A stretch of DNA of 64,000 bases from Poseidonia sp. (GCA_965661285.1 CBFIDD010000002.1:386521-450520), one strand, 5' to 3'; counted from the stretch's first letter, positions 1 to 10,861 are shown. Program-made: numbers and translations. Notes: a model not told the origin generated them from the sequence alone.

Positions 1-2
1 TC

Positions 3-116
3 TACAACCACCCGAAGAACATCGACGACATGGTGGACTTCATCATCGCACGTATCCTTGACCAACTCGGGTATGAACACGACATCGGACGCCGTTGGAC
101 CGGCGATGAAGTCTGA
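3..116 (+). CDS. ubiX: flavin prenyltransferase UbiX, C-terminal fragment (runs off window start)
   Basis: Manual translation YNHPKNIDDMVDFIIARILDQLGYEHDIGRRWTGDEV*, matching the UbiX C-terminal pattern. Confidence 0.8.
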   Translation, partial: YNHPKNIDDMVDFIIARILDQLGYEHDIGRRWTGDEV

Positions 117-167
117 AAAGACGCCGGACCGCCGACTTCTTGAACAATGGAGTCGAGGGGACCATGA

Positions 168-1922
168 GTGAGTCCCATGGACCTTGAAGGCAAGACCGTC
201 GCCGACCTGAAAGACATGCTCCGAGAACAGGGGCTCCCCGTCAGCGGAAACAAGTCCCAACTCATTGAACGATTGGAGGCCAGCAACCCTACTGACGCGG
301 TGCTCAACCTGGAGGATGACCCGAACGACAATGCGGGTCTGCTTACCGAAGAAAACCTGCCCTGGTGGCGAAGTACGGATGTGCTTACTCCTCAGGCGTT
401 GATGGCGATCGGCGTCGTGGTCTTGATGGTCACCGCCGTCTTTGTGTTCCGACCTACATGGCTTGGATTCACACCCTCCTACGAATACGACCTCATCGAA
501 TACGATGCTGCCCAAACCCGAGCCTTTGCCGAAGACCTCGTGGCGCTTGGCCATCCCGAATGGGAAGGTCGCATGAGCGGCACCGTGGAAGAGGCCAATA
601 CCTCGGCGTACATCGCTGCGCAATTTGAAGCGATGGGCATGACCGCTACCGAGCATTCCTATCAGGTACCGATGCACAGTGTGAATTCCGAACCGAGTCT
701 GCGCATTTGCATTCAGGGCTTTGGCGGCAACAGTCCGTGTGAGGGGCCGCTGGCCATCGGCACGCAGATCATCCAGTTCCAGCACCGCGTGGATTATGTC
801 ATCCAAGGCTTCTCTGGACGCTCGGAATACACCTTCGACCAGAACGTGGCAATGACCGATTTGGGCAACGGCAGCGACGATTCCTTGTGGGCTTCCGCCA
901 GCGGCTCCGTGGGCTATGTCCGCAGCGGCGGCAGCGTCGGCGGCAACACCGATTTGATGTCGCTTGCCGCTGAGAACAACCTCGCAGGCCTCATCCGAGT
1001 CAACAAGGATTACAACTGCGGGAAAATCGAGAACACCGACTGCGTGCCCATCTTCAAGGGCACGGGCATCGACGCCATCACCCAAGCCAACGGTGGAAGC
1101 GTGCCCACCGAACTCCCGTTCATCGCCATGTCCCGAGACGCCGGTGAAATTCTTGAGCAGGCCATCTTCAACGCAACCGGTCCTCCCGGCGTCTTGGAGA
1201 TGATCATCGACGTCACCAATGACCAAGAGCGCACCATCTACGTGCCCTGTGGCGAAATTCGAGGCAAAACTTCCGACGTCGTCATTGTCGGCGGCCACCA
1301 CGACACCGTCTACCACGCCCAGGGCGGGGTGGACGACACCTCGGGAACGGCGAGTGTGATGGAGATGGGGCGGCAACTCAGCGAGATCGTCAACGAAACC
1401 GGAACCCCAGAGCGAACCTTACGCTTCTGTACCTGGGGCGGCGAAGAAGAGGGCTTGTACGGCAGTCGCGCCTATGTTGAGGCCTTCCAAAACAGCCTGA
1501 GGGACAACCTTCGCCTCTACATCAACCTCGACATGAATCACGTGGATGCCGACACGGCCAACCGAGGCAATTCCGTGACCCTCTTTGGGAACAACCAGGA
1601 CGACATGGACCACATCGCCCGAATCACAGCGATGTACAAGAACGACCGCTCGGATGTGGCCGACCGCTACGACATCCGGCTCTCCACCTTGACCGGCGAC
1701 AAAGGCGCCTCGGACGGGATGCCGTACAACTCCGACCACGGACCGTTCGTCTACGATTTGGGTGAAGGGAAGAACGGGCGAGCCGTCGTGTGTTATGGCA
1801 GCGGAAGTTGGGAATACCACACCTACGCCGACACCATGGAGCGCTTCAACGAGGAATCCCTCGGCGTGTCGGTGACCATCTACGGCACCTACATGCGCTT
1901 CTTGGCCTATTCGGATTTCTGA
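168..1922 (+). CDS. membrane-anchored M28 family metallopeptidase with N-terminal SAP-like domain
   Basis: GGHHDT, GGVDDTSG, GGEEEGLYGS, NLDM, SDH and YHT motifs; TM segment near aa 75-95; TATA-like TTGAAC 28 nt upstream. Confidence 0.85.
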   Translation: MSPMDLEGKTVADLKDMLREQGLPVSGNKSQLIERLEASNPTDAVLNLEDDPNDNAGLLTEENLPWWRSTDVLTPQALMAIGVVVLMVTAVFVFRPTWLGFTPSYEYDLIEYDAAQTRAFAEDLVALGHPEWEGRMSGTVEEANTSAYIAAQFEAMGMTATEHSYQVPMHSVNSEPSLRICIQGFGGNSPCEGPLAIGTQIIQFQHRVDYVIQGFSGRSEYTFDQNVAMTDLGNGSDDSLWASASGSVGYVRSGGSVGGNTDLMSLAAENNLAGLIRVNKDYNCGKIENTDCVPIFKGTGIDAITQANGGSVPTELPFIAMSRDAGEILEQAIFNATGPPGVLEMIIDVTNDQERTIYVPCGEIRGKTSDVVIVGGHHDTVYHAQGGVDDTSGTASVMEMGRQLSEIVNETGTPERTLRFCTWGGEEEGLYGSRAYVEAFQNSLRDNLRLYINLDMNHVDADTANRGNSVTLFGNNQDDMDHIARITAMYKNDRSDVADRYDIRLSTLTGDKGASDGMPYNSDHGPFVYDLGEGKNGRAVVCYGSGSWEYHTYADTMERFNEESLGVSVTIYGTYMRFLAYSDF

Positions 1923-1959
1923 GCGTGGGGTTCAAAACACGACGACAGGTGGGCATTTC

Positions 1960-2253
1960 ATGGTCGCACCGAGTGCATGGGCCTCCCACATCCTTGTGGA
2001 TTCTAAGAGCGAAGCCCTTCAGATCAAAGAGAAGGTCGGGAAGCTGAAGGATTTCCAAAAACTGGCACGGAAGAAAAGCACGTGCCCCTCCAGCCAAAAG
2101 GGCGGCGACCTCGGATGGTTTCGCAAAGGCCAGATGGTCGCAGCCTTCCAAGAGGCGGTGTGGTCCACGCCGCTGAAGACCGTATCCTCGCCCGTGAAAA
2201 CCCAGTTTGGCTACCACCTCATTTGGGTTCACGAGCGCGACGAAGACCAGTGA
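1960..2253 (+). CDS. parvulin-type peptidyl-prolyl isomerase (single domain)
   Basis: ASHILV, STCPSSQKGGDLGWF and TQFGYHLI motifs. Confidence 0.9.
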   Translation: MVAPSAWASHILVDSKSEALQIKEKVGKLKDFQKLARKKSTCPSSQKGGDLGWFRKGQMVAAFQEAVWSTPLKTVSSPVKTQFGYHLIWVHERDEDQ

Positions 2254-2262
2254 GGCGAGACC

Positions 2263-2625
2263 GTGCAGTGGCGTGTTGGTCTCGAAGCCTACGAAGTGAA
2301 GGCGGTTCACGGCTACTATGACAGAGAACATGCGGCACCGCAACCCTTCATCTTCACCGTCTGGGCCACCCTTGCGGGGAACGGTCGCATAGAAGCGCTG
2401 GAGGAGACCCTCAACTACGCTGACATTCAAATCGCCATCGACGAGGTGATGCACAACACCCCCCAACCCATTCGGCTCATGGAGGAGATGGCGCAAGCCG
2501 TCGTCGACCGACTCGCTCAACATACGGCCATCGCCAGCCTCAGCGTGCGCATCGAGAAGCCCAACGCACCGCTTCCCCACCCGGGGGGTCTGCCCGCAAT
2601 TGAGGTCCTTTGGCACCGAGATTGA
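2263..2625 (+). CDS. folB: dihydroneopterin aldolase
   Basis: HGYYDREH..QPF, TLNYADI, LMEEMA and VRIEKP FolB-like motifs. Confidence 0.8.
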   Translation: MQWRVGLEAYEVKAVHGYYDREHAAPQPFIFTVWATLAGNGRIEALEETLNYADIQIAIDEVMHNTPQPIRLMEEMAQAVVDRLAQHTAIASLSVRIEKPNAPLPHPGGLPAIEVLWHRD

Positions 2626-2660
2626 GCGATGCTTAAACGCCAGCAGGCCCAGCCGCCTCC

Positions 2661-3146
2661 ATGGTCATGACCGGTCGCGTCTATGTCCCAAGCGCCGTAG
2701 AGAAAGGCGGCGCCGTGGTCGGCATGGGGTGCTTCAGCAGTCAGGAGACGGCCTTGAATGTCCTGCGTTCGTTTCTCAAAAAGTCCCATCAGGTGCCCCT
2801 TGAACGCGCCAGCGTTGCTGCATGGGAAGTGGACGTCGTCGGCGATGACGCCATGACCGTGCTCTCAGAATACGAGTGCAGAACCTGCCCGGTCTGTCAT
2901 CGCACCACGTTTTGGCTTGACATTCAGCGATTCAAAGCCAAATGCTACGGTTCGGCCTGTGGAGCATGGATTGAGGAAAGCGCCGTCGAAGCCGATGTCA
3001 TCGATTGTGGGTGGCCGCCAACACAATTTGCGGAACAGGTCGAATCTATAGATGAGGCCATGCGCTCGTTGCGACGCATTGCAGCCAAAGCAGAGTCAGC
3101 GGGCCTTTCAGCCATTGACGAACGATTTTCCCTGGATGATGTTTGA
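2661..3146 (+). CDS. hypothetical protein with Cys cluster (possible Zn ribbon)
   Basis: CRTCPVC...C....C; TTAAAC 28 nt upstream of the ATG. Confidence 0.65.
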   Translation: MVMTGRVYVPSAVEKGGAVVGMGCFSSQETALNVLRSFLKKSHQVPLERASVAAWEVDVVGDDAMTVLSEYECRTCPVCHRTTFWLDIQRFKAKCYGSACGAWIEESAVEADVIDCGWPPTQFAEQVESIDEAMRSLRRIAAKAESAGLSAIDERFSLDDV

Positions 3147-3178
3147 TTCTTTATGTAGGGTTGACCGGTTGTTCTGCC

Positions 3179-3481
3179 ATGTCAACCCGTTTGCACACCA
3201 TCCCAGGCACGGAGGAAAACCTCAGCCTCGTTCACGACGCCACACCCTTCAATCCGGGGAGGGTCTCGGCTCCCCACGCCGTCCTCGTGGACGGCATTCG
3301 AGGCGTGGCCTCCATCGGCAGCCACGGTGCGTACAGCACGCGAATCGTCATCACGCTCGAGGAAGACCATCCCGAGTTGGGCAGAGAATTCGGGACCAAA
3401 TATTTCCTCATCGACGAGCCGGGCGTGGTCACGTGGGGCCATGAAGGCAAGTCGTTCAACATTGAGAAAATCATTGACTAA
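3179..3481 (+). CDS. hypothetical protein
   Basis: ORF fills the gap between genes; TTTATG 29 nt upstream of ATG 3179. Confidence 0.65.
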   Translation: MSTRLHTIPGTEENLSLVHDATPFNPGRVSAPHAVLVDGIRGVASIGSHGAYSTRIVITLEEDHPELGREFGTKYFLIDEPGVVTWGHEGKSFNIEKIID

Positions 3482-3538
3482 CCTCAACCAGTGAACTGGC
3501 AAACAGTCCTTCAAAACCAAAAGGACCAATCTCACCAC

Positions 3539-4372
3539 ATGCCCGAAGGCCCCGAAATACGTCGTGCGGCCGATAAGATCGGAAAAGCACTGGTCGGGAA
3601 GGTCATTGAGGACGGTGAGTGGCCCTATCCCTCCCTTTCCGGGGCAGAATCGTTCATCCTCGGCCACGAAGTCTTGAGCGTGACCAGCCGAGCCAAAGCC
3701 ATGCTCATCCGATTCAGCAGCGGCTACACCATGTACAGCCACAACCAACTCTACGGGCGCTGGACGGTCCACCTCAAGACCACCGACCCGCGCTCACGCC
3801 GAAGCCTCCGTGCCGCCTTTATAACCGATAAACACGCCGTTCGCCTGTGGTCTGCCACCGACATTTCCCTGTTGCCCACGCCCGAGGAAAACGGCCATCC
3901 CTTCCTCGCCCGGCTTGGTCCTGACGTTCTGGATGAAGACATCACAGGTGACCATCTGCTTACCCATCTCAAATCAAAAAGCATTCACCGAAAAAAGGGC
4001 GCCACGCTGATGCTCGACCAGCGAAGCTTCGCGGGTCTTGGAAACTACCTGCGCTCCGAAATTCTTCACGCTGCGGGCGTGCACCCCGATGACCGCCCGT
4101 GCGACTTGGATGAAGAAACGCTGGCGAGGTGGGCAACCTGCATCAAGTCCGTCACCGTTCAAGCCTACGAGCACGGTGGCGTCACGGTTGACCTTGACGT
4201 GGCACAGGCCAGCAAGACACGTGGCGAGCCTCGCCGAATGTGGCGCCACGCCGTGTTCTGTCGCAACGACCGGCCCTGCCTCTCGTGCGGTGACCTCGTC
4301 GTTCGCCTACGCTATGGAGGCCGTCGTCTGGACTACTGCCCGACATGCCAGCCTTCGCGAAGAGGTTCATAA
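3539..4372 (+). CDS. nei: endonuclease VIII (Fpg/Nei DNA glycosylase)
   Basis: N-terminal MPEGPE, H2TH motif GLGNYLRSE, C-terminal CLSC...CPTC Zn finger. Confidence 0.92.
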   Translation: MPEGPEIRRAADKIGKALVGKVIEDGEWPYPSLSGAESFILGHEVLSVTSRAKAMLIRFSSGYTMYSHNQLYGRWTVHLKTTDPRSRRSLRAAFITDKHAVRLWSATDISLLPTPEENGHPFLARLGPDVLDEDITGDHLLTHLKSKSIHRKKGATLMLDQRSFAGLGNYLRSEILHAAGVHPDDRPCDLDEETLARWATCIKSVTVQAYEHGGVTVDLDVAQASKTRGEPRRMWRHAVFCRNDRPCLSCGDLVVRLRYGGRRLDYCPTCQPSRRGS

Positions 4373-6043
4373 CCACGAACGCAAATCGCCCTCAGGAGGG
4401 CGTATCTCGCTTCCTGCTTGGAGCGTCGTGCGAACGTGTGCAAACGTGCCGGCATCGATGGCTTTCTCCTCGTCTGCACGGCGCATGACGTTCTTGTTGG
4501 CGATCGCCATGCGACGGTTTCCGGTGAAGGCCTCCCGATGACGGTTCAGATAGGCCCAGTACAATCGGGTCATTGGACAGGTTTTCTTGTGGTGAAATTG
4601 GCATGATTTGCAGTGGTCGCTCATGCGGTTGATGTAGGCCGAGCCGGCCACATAGGGTTTGGTCATCATCGCCGTTCCCAGGGCAAAGGTTCCCATTCCC
4701 AGCACGTTGGGCTCCACAACCCAGTCGTACGCATCAATGAACGCAGCATGAAACCAATCGGTCAGCGCCCGCGGATTGACATCCAAAAGATTCGCCACGT
4801 TGCTCAGCACCATCAAGCGAGGGATATGGTGGGTCCACCCGTCCTCCATGACCGAAGCGACCGAGGCATCGAGGCAGCGCAATCCGCTGGTTGCACCCCA
4901 GAAGGCGGGAGGAAGGCCGTCGGTTTGTTCCAGATGGTTTGGATGAGGCTCCTCGTCTGCCTGAACGAAACCCTCCCAACCGGCACCTCGTATCGATGGC
5001 GTTCGTTGCACGTCAAGCGTGCGAAAACCGTCGGTGATGTCGTGGATGTGGTGAACGTATTCGCGCCAGATCATCTGTCGAACAAAGCCCTCTCTGCTGT
5101 TGATGGGGGCGTCGCTGGCAAGGGCAGCCTCGACCACGCGGCTGGGCATCAGTCGGTGCAGATTGACCAGCGTGGCTAAGCGTGAATGAAAGAGACCGCG
5201 ACTCTTTTCGGACATGGCGTCCTCGTAGGTTCCAAAATTGGGCAGACAATCCAAAGCAAAACCAAAGGCAGCCTCAATCTGTTCTCCAGAGGTTGGCTGG
5301 TTTTTCAGGTCCACCGTTCCTGGATGTTCACCGTAGCGCGAACGAATCATGGCCTCCACCTCAAGGTCGATGGCGTCCGTGTCGTAGACCGGTGGTGCAG
5401 GGGCTGGCGGGTCACCCTTCCACGGAAACCGATTTTCTGCATCATAACTGTACTTCCCGCCAACGGGTTTTCCATTCTCCATCATCCATCCGGTTTGCTG
5501 ACGCACTTTTCTATAGAACGCATCCATGCGAAATGGCGGTGTTTCCCCCACACTTTCAACAAACCACTCGGGGGGTGTCAGCCACCCCGGGTGAGCGTGT
5601 TCCACGAGCAGACCCGAAGCGACCAGCGGTTCAACTTCGAGGCGCAATTCTCGCTCGGCGTGGCGGAAACAGTGAACGGGACCGCAGGCACGAGAGACTT
5701 CGCGAAGAGGCGAGGCGTAGTCCGCATCGGTGAGAAGATACAGGACGGGGATGCCTCGGGCTTGGAGCTCGACGGCAAAATGGCGCTGATTGGCCAGCAG
5801 CACGCCCAATTTCTGCTGATGGTACGGACGGCGTTTGGCCTTGGAAGCGGATTCGATGAGCACCACACCGACATCAGCAGTCGGAAGGGCGTCGAGGAAG
5901 GCCACGTTGAGTTGGTCGTAGGCCAACCACACCCACGACGAGACGGTCTCAGGCCCAACAGGAGAGAGCGTGTCCCCCAAGGTGCCTGGACGCCCTGCAG
6001 CCATGACGGTGCCGTTTGTGAACGAAAATTCGCTCGCAGCCAT
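4367..6043 (-). CDS. FeS-BCP cryptochrome/photolyase-related protein (PhrB-like)
   Basis: HQQKL, RMDAFYR, GGKYSYDAENR, HHIPRLM, DAYDWV, TKPY, YINRMSDHCKSC..CP. Confidence 0.88.
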   Translation of the reverse strand: MAASEFSFTNGTVMAAGRPGTLGDTLSPVGPETVSSWVWLAYDQLNVAFLDALPTADVGVVLIESASKAKRRPYHQQKLGVLLANQRHFAVELQARGIPVLYLLTDADYASPLREVSRACGPVHCFRHAERELRLEVEPLVASGLLVEHAHPGWLTPPEWFVESVGETPPFRMDAFYRKVRQQTGWMMENGKPVGGKYSYDAENRFPWKGDPPAPAPPVYDTDAIDLEVEAMIRSRYGEHPGTVDLKNQPTSGEQIEAAFGFALDCLPNFGTYEDAMSEKSRGLFHSRLATLVNLHRLMPSRVVEAALASDAPINSREGFVRQMIWREYVHHIHDITDGFRTLDVQRTPSIRGAGWEGFVQADEEPHPNHLEQTDGLPPAFWGATSGLRCLDASVASVMEDGWTHHIPRLMVLSNVANLLDVNPRALTDWFHAAFIDAYDWVVEPNVLGMGTFALGTAMMTKPYVAGSAYINRMSDHCKSCQFHHKKTCPMTRLYWAYLNRHREAFTGNRRMAIANKNVMRRADEEKAIDAGTFAHVRTTLQAGSEIRPPEGDLRSWL

Positions 6044-6090
6044 GGTCAAAACAGCGAGATTGGCCGCATAAAGGGCTGCTTTTTCCCTGC

Positions 6091-9000
6091 TCAGTAGTGA
6101 ACGGTGAGTTTGCGAGGTTCAAGAACTTCTTCGATGCTCGCACGCATGGCTGCAACCTCCATGGTGGCGCCTCGCATCGTGGTCACGAAGGGGATGTTGA
6201 GTTCCACCGCCAACCTTCGCATCATGTTCCCGTCTCGAACGGCACCGCCCGAAACGGTGGGGACATTCACGATGAAACTGACCTTGCCCTGACGCATGAG
6301 ATCAAGTGCATCGGGGTGCTTGCCCTCAGCAATTCTGTAGACCGTTGTTACGGGTACATCGTGTCGACGAAGCGCATCTGCCGTTCCGCCTGTGGCGTAG
6401 AGCGTGAAGCCAATGTTGACGAGTTCCTTGGCGACGGGCACGAGGTTCTCCTTGTCTTCGTCTCGAACCGTCAGGTAGGCTCCGCCTTCGGTCGCAACCG
6501 GAACTTCCGTGGCCAGTCTCGCCTTGAGGTAGGCCAAATCGGCGCGCTCATCCGAGCCGTAGACTTCGCCCGTGGACTTCATTTCTGGCCCCGGAGCGGG
6601 GTCAAGACCTCGCAATTTGATGAACGGGAAGACCGGGGCCTTCACGCAGACCTGGCCTGAGGTGCGGCGTGGAATCTCCTGGCTGGAAAGCGGCTGGCCG
6701 ATGGTGATGCGAGCCGCAATACGAGCAAGGGGCAGGCCGGAGGCTTTTGCGACAAAGGGAACGGTACGGGAGGACCTCGGATTGACTTCAAGCACGTAGA
6801 GGTCGTCGCCTTGGATGGCAAATTGGATGTTGAAACAGCCCTTGATCTTCAGCCCAATGCCGATGATTTTGGTTTGCTCTGCGATGCGCTCAAGCATGTC
6901 CTCGGGAATGTTCTGTGCGGGAATGAAACAGGTCGAATCGCCGGAGTGAATGCCGGCTTCTTCCAGATGTTCCATGATGGCTCCCACGAGAACATCCTCA
7001 CCGTCAGAGGCGGCATCGACGTCAATTTCCGTAGCGTGGCCGAGGTATTCGTCGACCAGGAGCGGCTTGTCGGGAGCGAGGTACGCCTCTCGCAGGTAGC
7101 CGTCAAGTTGCTGTTGATTGGACAAAATCTCCATGCCGCGTCCACCCAAAACGTAGGAGGGACGGACCAGCACGGGGAAGCCGATTTCCTCAACCGCAGC
7201 TCGCAGATCGTCGGCCGTTGTTCCCGTCGCACCCCGTGGCATCCGCAGACCGTGGCGACTGGCAAAGGCCTCGAAGCGCTCTCGGTCGCTCGCTTCGTCG
7301 ATGGCATCGCACGACGTACCCATGATGGCAAGGTCGAGGCCGCTGGCCGTCAAATCGGGCAGACGCGCCTCGAGTGGGAGCGCCAAATTGATGGCTGTTT
7401 GACCGCCGAATTGAAGCAGAATACCGTGGGCCCGCTCCCGAAGTAAAATTTCACTTACATACTCCAAGGTGAGCGGGTCAAAGTACAATCGGTCGGAGGT
7501 GTCGAAATCCGTTGACACCGTTTCCGGGTTGTTGTTGATGAGGATGGCGTCCTTGCCCGCTTCGCGAATGGCTTTGACGGCGTGAACACAGCCGTAGTCA
7601 AACTCAATGCCCTGGCCGATGCGAATGGGACCGCTTCCGATGGCGACAAGTCGCTCTTTGGTGCGTTCCTCCATGTTGGGCAGCAGGTCGATGCCCGGCA
7701 GGCCGTGCGGCTCGTAGGTGGAGTAGTAGTACGGGGTTTTGGCAGCAAATTCTGCCGCACACGAATCGACCATCCGGTAGACGGGGTGAAGGTTGAGCTG
7801 GTGGCGACGCACCATAACGGACCGCTCGTCCTGACCCGAGGCCAGTGATTTCAGGCCTTCCGGAGGGAAGCCCGCCAGTGCGTCAGCGATGTGCGCATCG
7901 CTAAAGCCGTGGCTCTTCCACAGACGGAGTTCCTCCTCGGTTAACTCAGCGGGAGAGACACCTCGCTCAACGATGCTGCGCTCCATCTGGGCCAGTCGTT
8001 CAAACCCGTAGAGGAACCAGCGGGTGATGCGGGTGATTTCGTGGACTCGCTCAATCGTCCAACCGCGCCTGAACGCTTCGAGGAGGGCGCCCATGCGACG
8101 GTCGGTCGCCACGGCCAGCCATTCGACCAGCGTGTTGTCCGGGAGCGGTTCGTGGGCCCGCTGCGACATGCCTTCACCTTCGGATTCGTCCGCACGCGTC
8201 AAGGGACGGGGGTGGGCGCATCCCTGTTCAAGCGAAGCCCAAGCCTTGAGGAAGGCTTCTTCGAAATTGCGTCCAATGGCCATCACTTCACCCGTGGATT
8301 TCATCGACGTGCCCAAGGTGCGGTCAGCGGTTCGGAATTTGTCAAAGGGCCACCGAGGAATTTTCACCACGCAGTAATCCAACGTGGGTTCAAAAGCAGC
8401 GGTCGTGCCCTCACCGGTGATCGGATTGGGCAATTCATCAAGGGTGTAGCCAACGGCGATTTTGGCCGCCATGCGTGCGATGGGGTACCCGGTGGCTTTG
8501 GAGGCAAGCGCTGAGGAGCGGGAAACCCGGGGGTTGACTTCGATGACGCGAATCTCCCCGGTGAATTGGTTGAAGGCAAACTGCACGTTGCAGCCGCCTT
8601 TGATGTTCAGCGCGCGAATCAAGGCCAAGGCTTGGTTTCGAAGACGCTGATGGTCCGCATCGCTGAAGGATTGGAGCGGGGCGACCACGGTGGATTCGCC
8701 GGTGTGGACACCCATCGGGTCGATGTTTTCCATGGTACACACGATGGTGGCGTTGTCGGCCTCGTCGCGCATCACTTCGTATTCGAGTTCCTGCCATCCC
8801 AAAATGGACTCCTCAATGAGGACCTGAGAGATGCGAGAATTGCGAAGACCGAGTTGTGAAATTTCCACCAGTTCGCCCATGTCTCGGGCCGTACCGCCGC
8901 CCAAACCACCCAGCGTGAAGGCCGGGCGAATCAGGATGGGCCAGCTTCCGATGAGTTCCGCAGCCGCGATGACCTCGTCGATGGAATTGCACGCCACCGC

Positions 9001-9435
9001 TTGACTGATGGGCAGGTTGATGGATTCACAGACCTTGTTGAACAGTTCACGATCCTCTGCCTTGTCGATGGCGTCCAAATCCGAACCGATGAGTTCCACA
9101 CCCAGTCGCTTCAACGTGCCGTTGTGCGAGAGTTCACTGGCGATGTTGAGCGCGGTTTGACCGCCCATGCCCGCCAGCAAGGCGCACGGTCGCTCTTTTT
9201 CGAGAATCTTGGCGATGGTGTCGGGCAGGAGCGGCTCGATGTAGACGATGTCAGCCATCTCAGGGTCGTTTTGAATGGTGGCCGGGTTGGAGTTGACGAG
9301 AATGACCTTGTAGCCGTCTTCTCGCAGCGCACGGACGGCTTGGGAGCCCGAGAAGTCAAACTCCGCTGCTTGGCCGATTTTGATGGGCCCGCTGCCCAAG
9401 ACCATGATCGTCTCAAGGTCGTCCCGGCGTGGCAT
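6091..9435 (-). CDS. carB: carbamoyl-phosphate synthase large subunit
   Basis: MPRR..GSGPIKIGQAAEFDFSG, duplicated ATP-grasp domains, MGS domain. Confidence 0.98.
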   Translation of the reverse strand: MPRRDDLETIMVLGSGPIKIGQAAEFDFSGSQAVRALREDGYKVILVNSNPATIQNDPEMADIVYIEPLLPDTIAKILEKERPCALLAGMGGQTALNIASELSHNGTLKRLGVELIGSDLDAIDKAEDRELFNKVCESINLPISQAVACNSIDEVIAAAELIGSWPILIRPAFTLGGLGGGTARDMGELVEISQLGLRNSRISQVLIEESILGWQELEYEVMRDEADNATIVCTMENIDPMGVHTGESTVVAPLQSFSDADHQRLRNQALALIRALNIKGGCNVQFAFNQFTGEIRVIEVNPRVSRSSALASKATGYPIARMAAKIAVGYTLDELPNPITGEGTTAAFEPTLDYCVVKIPRWPFDKFRTADRTLGTSMKSTGEVMAIGRNFEEAFLKAWASLEQGCAHPRPLTRADESEGEGMSQRAHEPLPDNTLVEWLAVATDRRMGALLEAFRRGWTIERVHEITRITRWFLYGFERLAQMERSIVERGVSPAELTEEELRLWKSHGFSDAHIADALAGFPPEGLKSLASGQDERSVMVRRHQLNLHPVYRMVDSCAAEFAAKTPYYYSTYEPHGLPGIDLLPNMEERTKERLVAIGSGPIRIGQGIEFDYGCVHAVKAIREAGKDAILINNNPETVSTDFDTSDRLYFDPLTLEYVSEILLRERAHGILLQFGGQTAINLALPLEARLPDLTASGLDLAIMGTSCDAIDEASDRERFEAFASRHGLRMPRGATGTTADDLRAAVEEIGFPVLVRPSYVLGGRGMEILSNQQQLDGYLREAYLAPDKPLLVDEYLGHATEIDVDAASDGEDVLVGAIMEHLEEAGIHSGDSTCFIPAQNIPEDMLERIAEQTKIIGIGLKIKGCFNIQFAIQGDDLYVLEVNPRSSRTVPFVAKASGLPLARIAARITIGQPLSSQEIPRRTSGQVCVKAPVFPFIKLRGLDPAPGPEMKSTGEVYGSDERADLAYLKARLATEVPVATEGGAYLTVRDEDKENLVPVAKELVNIGFTLYATGGTADALRRHDVPVTTVYRIAEGKHPDALDLMRQGKVSFIVNVPTVSGGAVRDGNMMRRLAVELNIPFVTTMRGATMEVAAMRASIEEVLEPRKLTVHY

Positions 9436-10742
9436 CAAACATCGCCTCCCAAGTGAGCGTCCACCATGCCACGGAACCGAAGGAAGAGCGGTGCAGCGTC
9501 GTGAGGCCCCGGGCAAGCCTCGGGGTGGAACTGGACCGTGAAGCAGGGTTTACCGATGACATCGAGCCCCTCAACCGTACCGTCGTTGGCGTTCACGTAG
9601 CGCACCTCAACCTCAGAGCCGTGCTGATTGGAGACGGCAGGCGAAGTGGCACCAGTGGGGTGGGCTGCCAGCATACCGTCGCTGGGATGGGCCACGGCAA
9701 ACCCGTGGTTCTGGCTGGTGATGGACACCGTTTGATCCTGTAGATCAACCACCGGTTGGTTTGCGCCTCGGTGGCCGTAGCGCATCTTGTAGGTTTGCAA
9801 ACCGGATGCAAGACCCATGAGTTGGTGGCCAAGACAAATGCCCATGACGGGCAGACCGTCCCGTACTGCACGGGCAAGCGTGTTGCGTGCAGCGGTGGCT
9901 TTTCCTGGATGCGCAGGGTCGCCTGGACCGTTGCTGCAAAACAAGGCATCGATAGCGTATTCGCTCATCAGCCGGTCGTAGTCCATGTCCGGAGGACACC
10001 AAACGACATCGAACACCATGCAGAGATGGCGAAGGATGTTGTGCTTCACACCGCAATCAAGAACGCCGAGCCGAGGCTTACGTGCCCCGAGTTCATCGGT
10101 TGAGCCAGGATTCAACTCAAGGGGTTCATCGATGGAAACCTCGTCCACCAAGTCTTCCAGTTCCGGCGAGGTCAAACCTGCGAGTTGTGTTTTCATCTCC
10201 TCCTCCCGCTCCGCCGGGCCGAACACGCAGAGAACCGTCCCCAATTCTCGCACTCGCCGGGTGATGGCTCGGGTGTCGATGTTGTGAATTCCAGGCACAC
10301 CATGCAGGCGGAGGAATTCGTCCACCGTTCCCACTGCGTGTCGATGGTCGGGCTGGTGCATGGCGTGGCGCACGACGACGCCTTTGGGCCAAACCTTGCC
10401 GGACTCGGAGGCGCCTGCATGGACACCGTAGTTGCCGATGAGCGGGTAGGTGAACGTGAGGACCTGTCCGGCAAAGGAGGGGTCGGTCAACGATTCTTGA
10501 TAGCCCATCATGCCGGTGGTGAACACCAATTCGCCCGACCCGATCGTACGGGCTCCAAACAATTCCCCCAAGTAGCGTCCACCGTCTGCGGTCAACAGCA
10601 CACCAGCACCTGAGGCCCCTTCGGGCAACTCCGCACCGTTGGCCAACCCATCGGCTGCATCAGGAATGTCGAGGGAGGATGGATGGTACAGGCGATGGGT
10701 CGCCGGTAGGGAGCGTGTATTTGCGATGCCGCCCCCTAACAT
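9435..10742 (-). CDS. carA: carbamoyl-phosphate synthase small subunit
   Basis: GELVFTTGMMGYQE, SNGPGDP, GICLGHQ, QFHPEA; TTATGA 29 nt upstream supports the start at 10742. Confidence 0.95.
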   Translation of the reverse strand: MLGGGIANTRSLPATHRLYHPSSLDIPDAADGLANGAELPEGASGAGVLLTADGGRYLGELFGARTIGSGELVFTTGMMGYQESLTDPSFAGQVLTFTYPLIGNYGVHAGASESGKVWPKGVVVRHAMHQPDHRHAVGTVDEFLRLHGVPGIHNIDTRAITRRVRELGTVLCVFGPAEREEEMKTQLAGLTSPELEDLVDEVSIDEPLELNPGSTDELGARKPRLGVLDCGVKHNILRHLCMVFDVVWCPPDMDYDRLMSEYAIDALFCSNGPGDPAHPGKATAARNTLARAVRDGLPVMGICLGHQLMGLASGLQTYKMRYGHRGANQPVVDLQDQTVSITSQNHGFAVAHPSDGMLAAHPTGATSPAVSNQHGSEVEVRYVNANDGTVEGLDVIGKPCFTVQFHPEACPGPHDAAPLFLRFRGMVDAHLGGDV

Positions 10743-10861
10743 TGATTTTTGTCGGAAAAGGCCCCTCATAATGATTGGGTGCGTAGTTCCATGAAACCAA
10801 GTTTGGGGAAAACCCGAACAGTGTGTGAAAAAGAGGGAGCAGAGAACCAAGTAAGAAGAAA

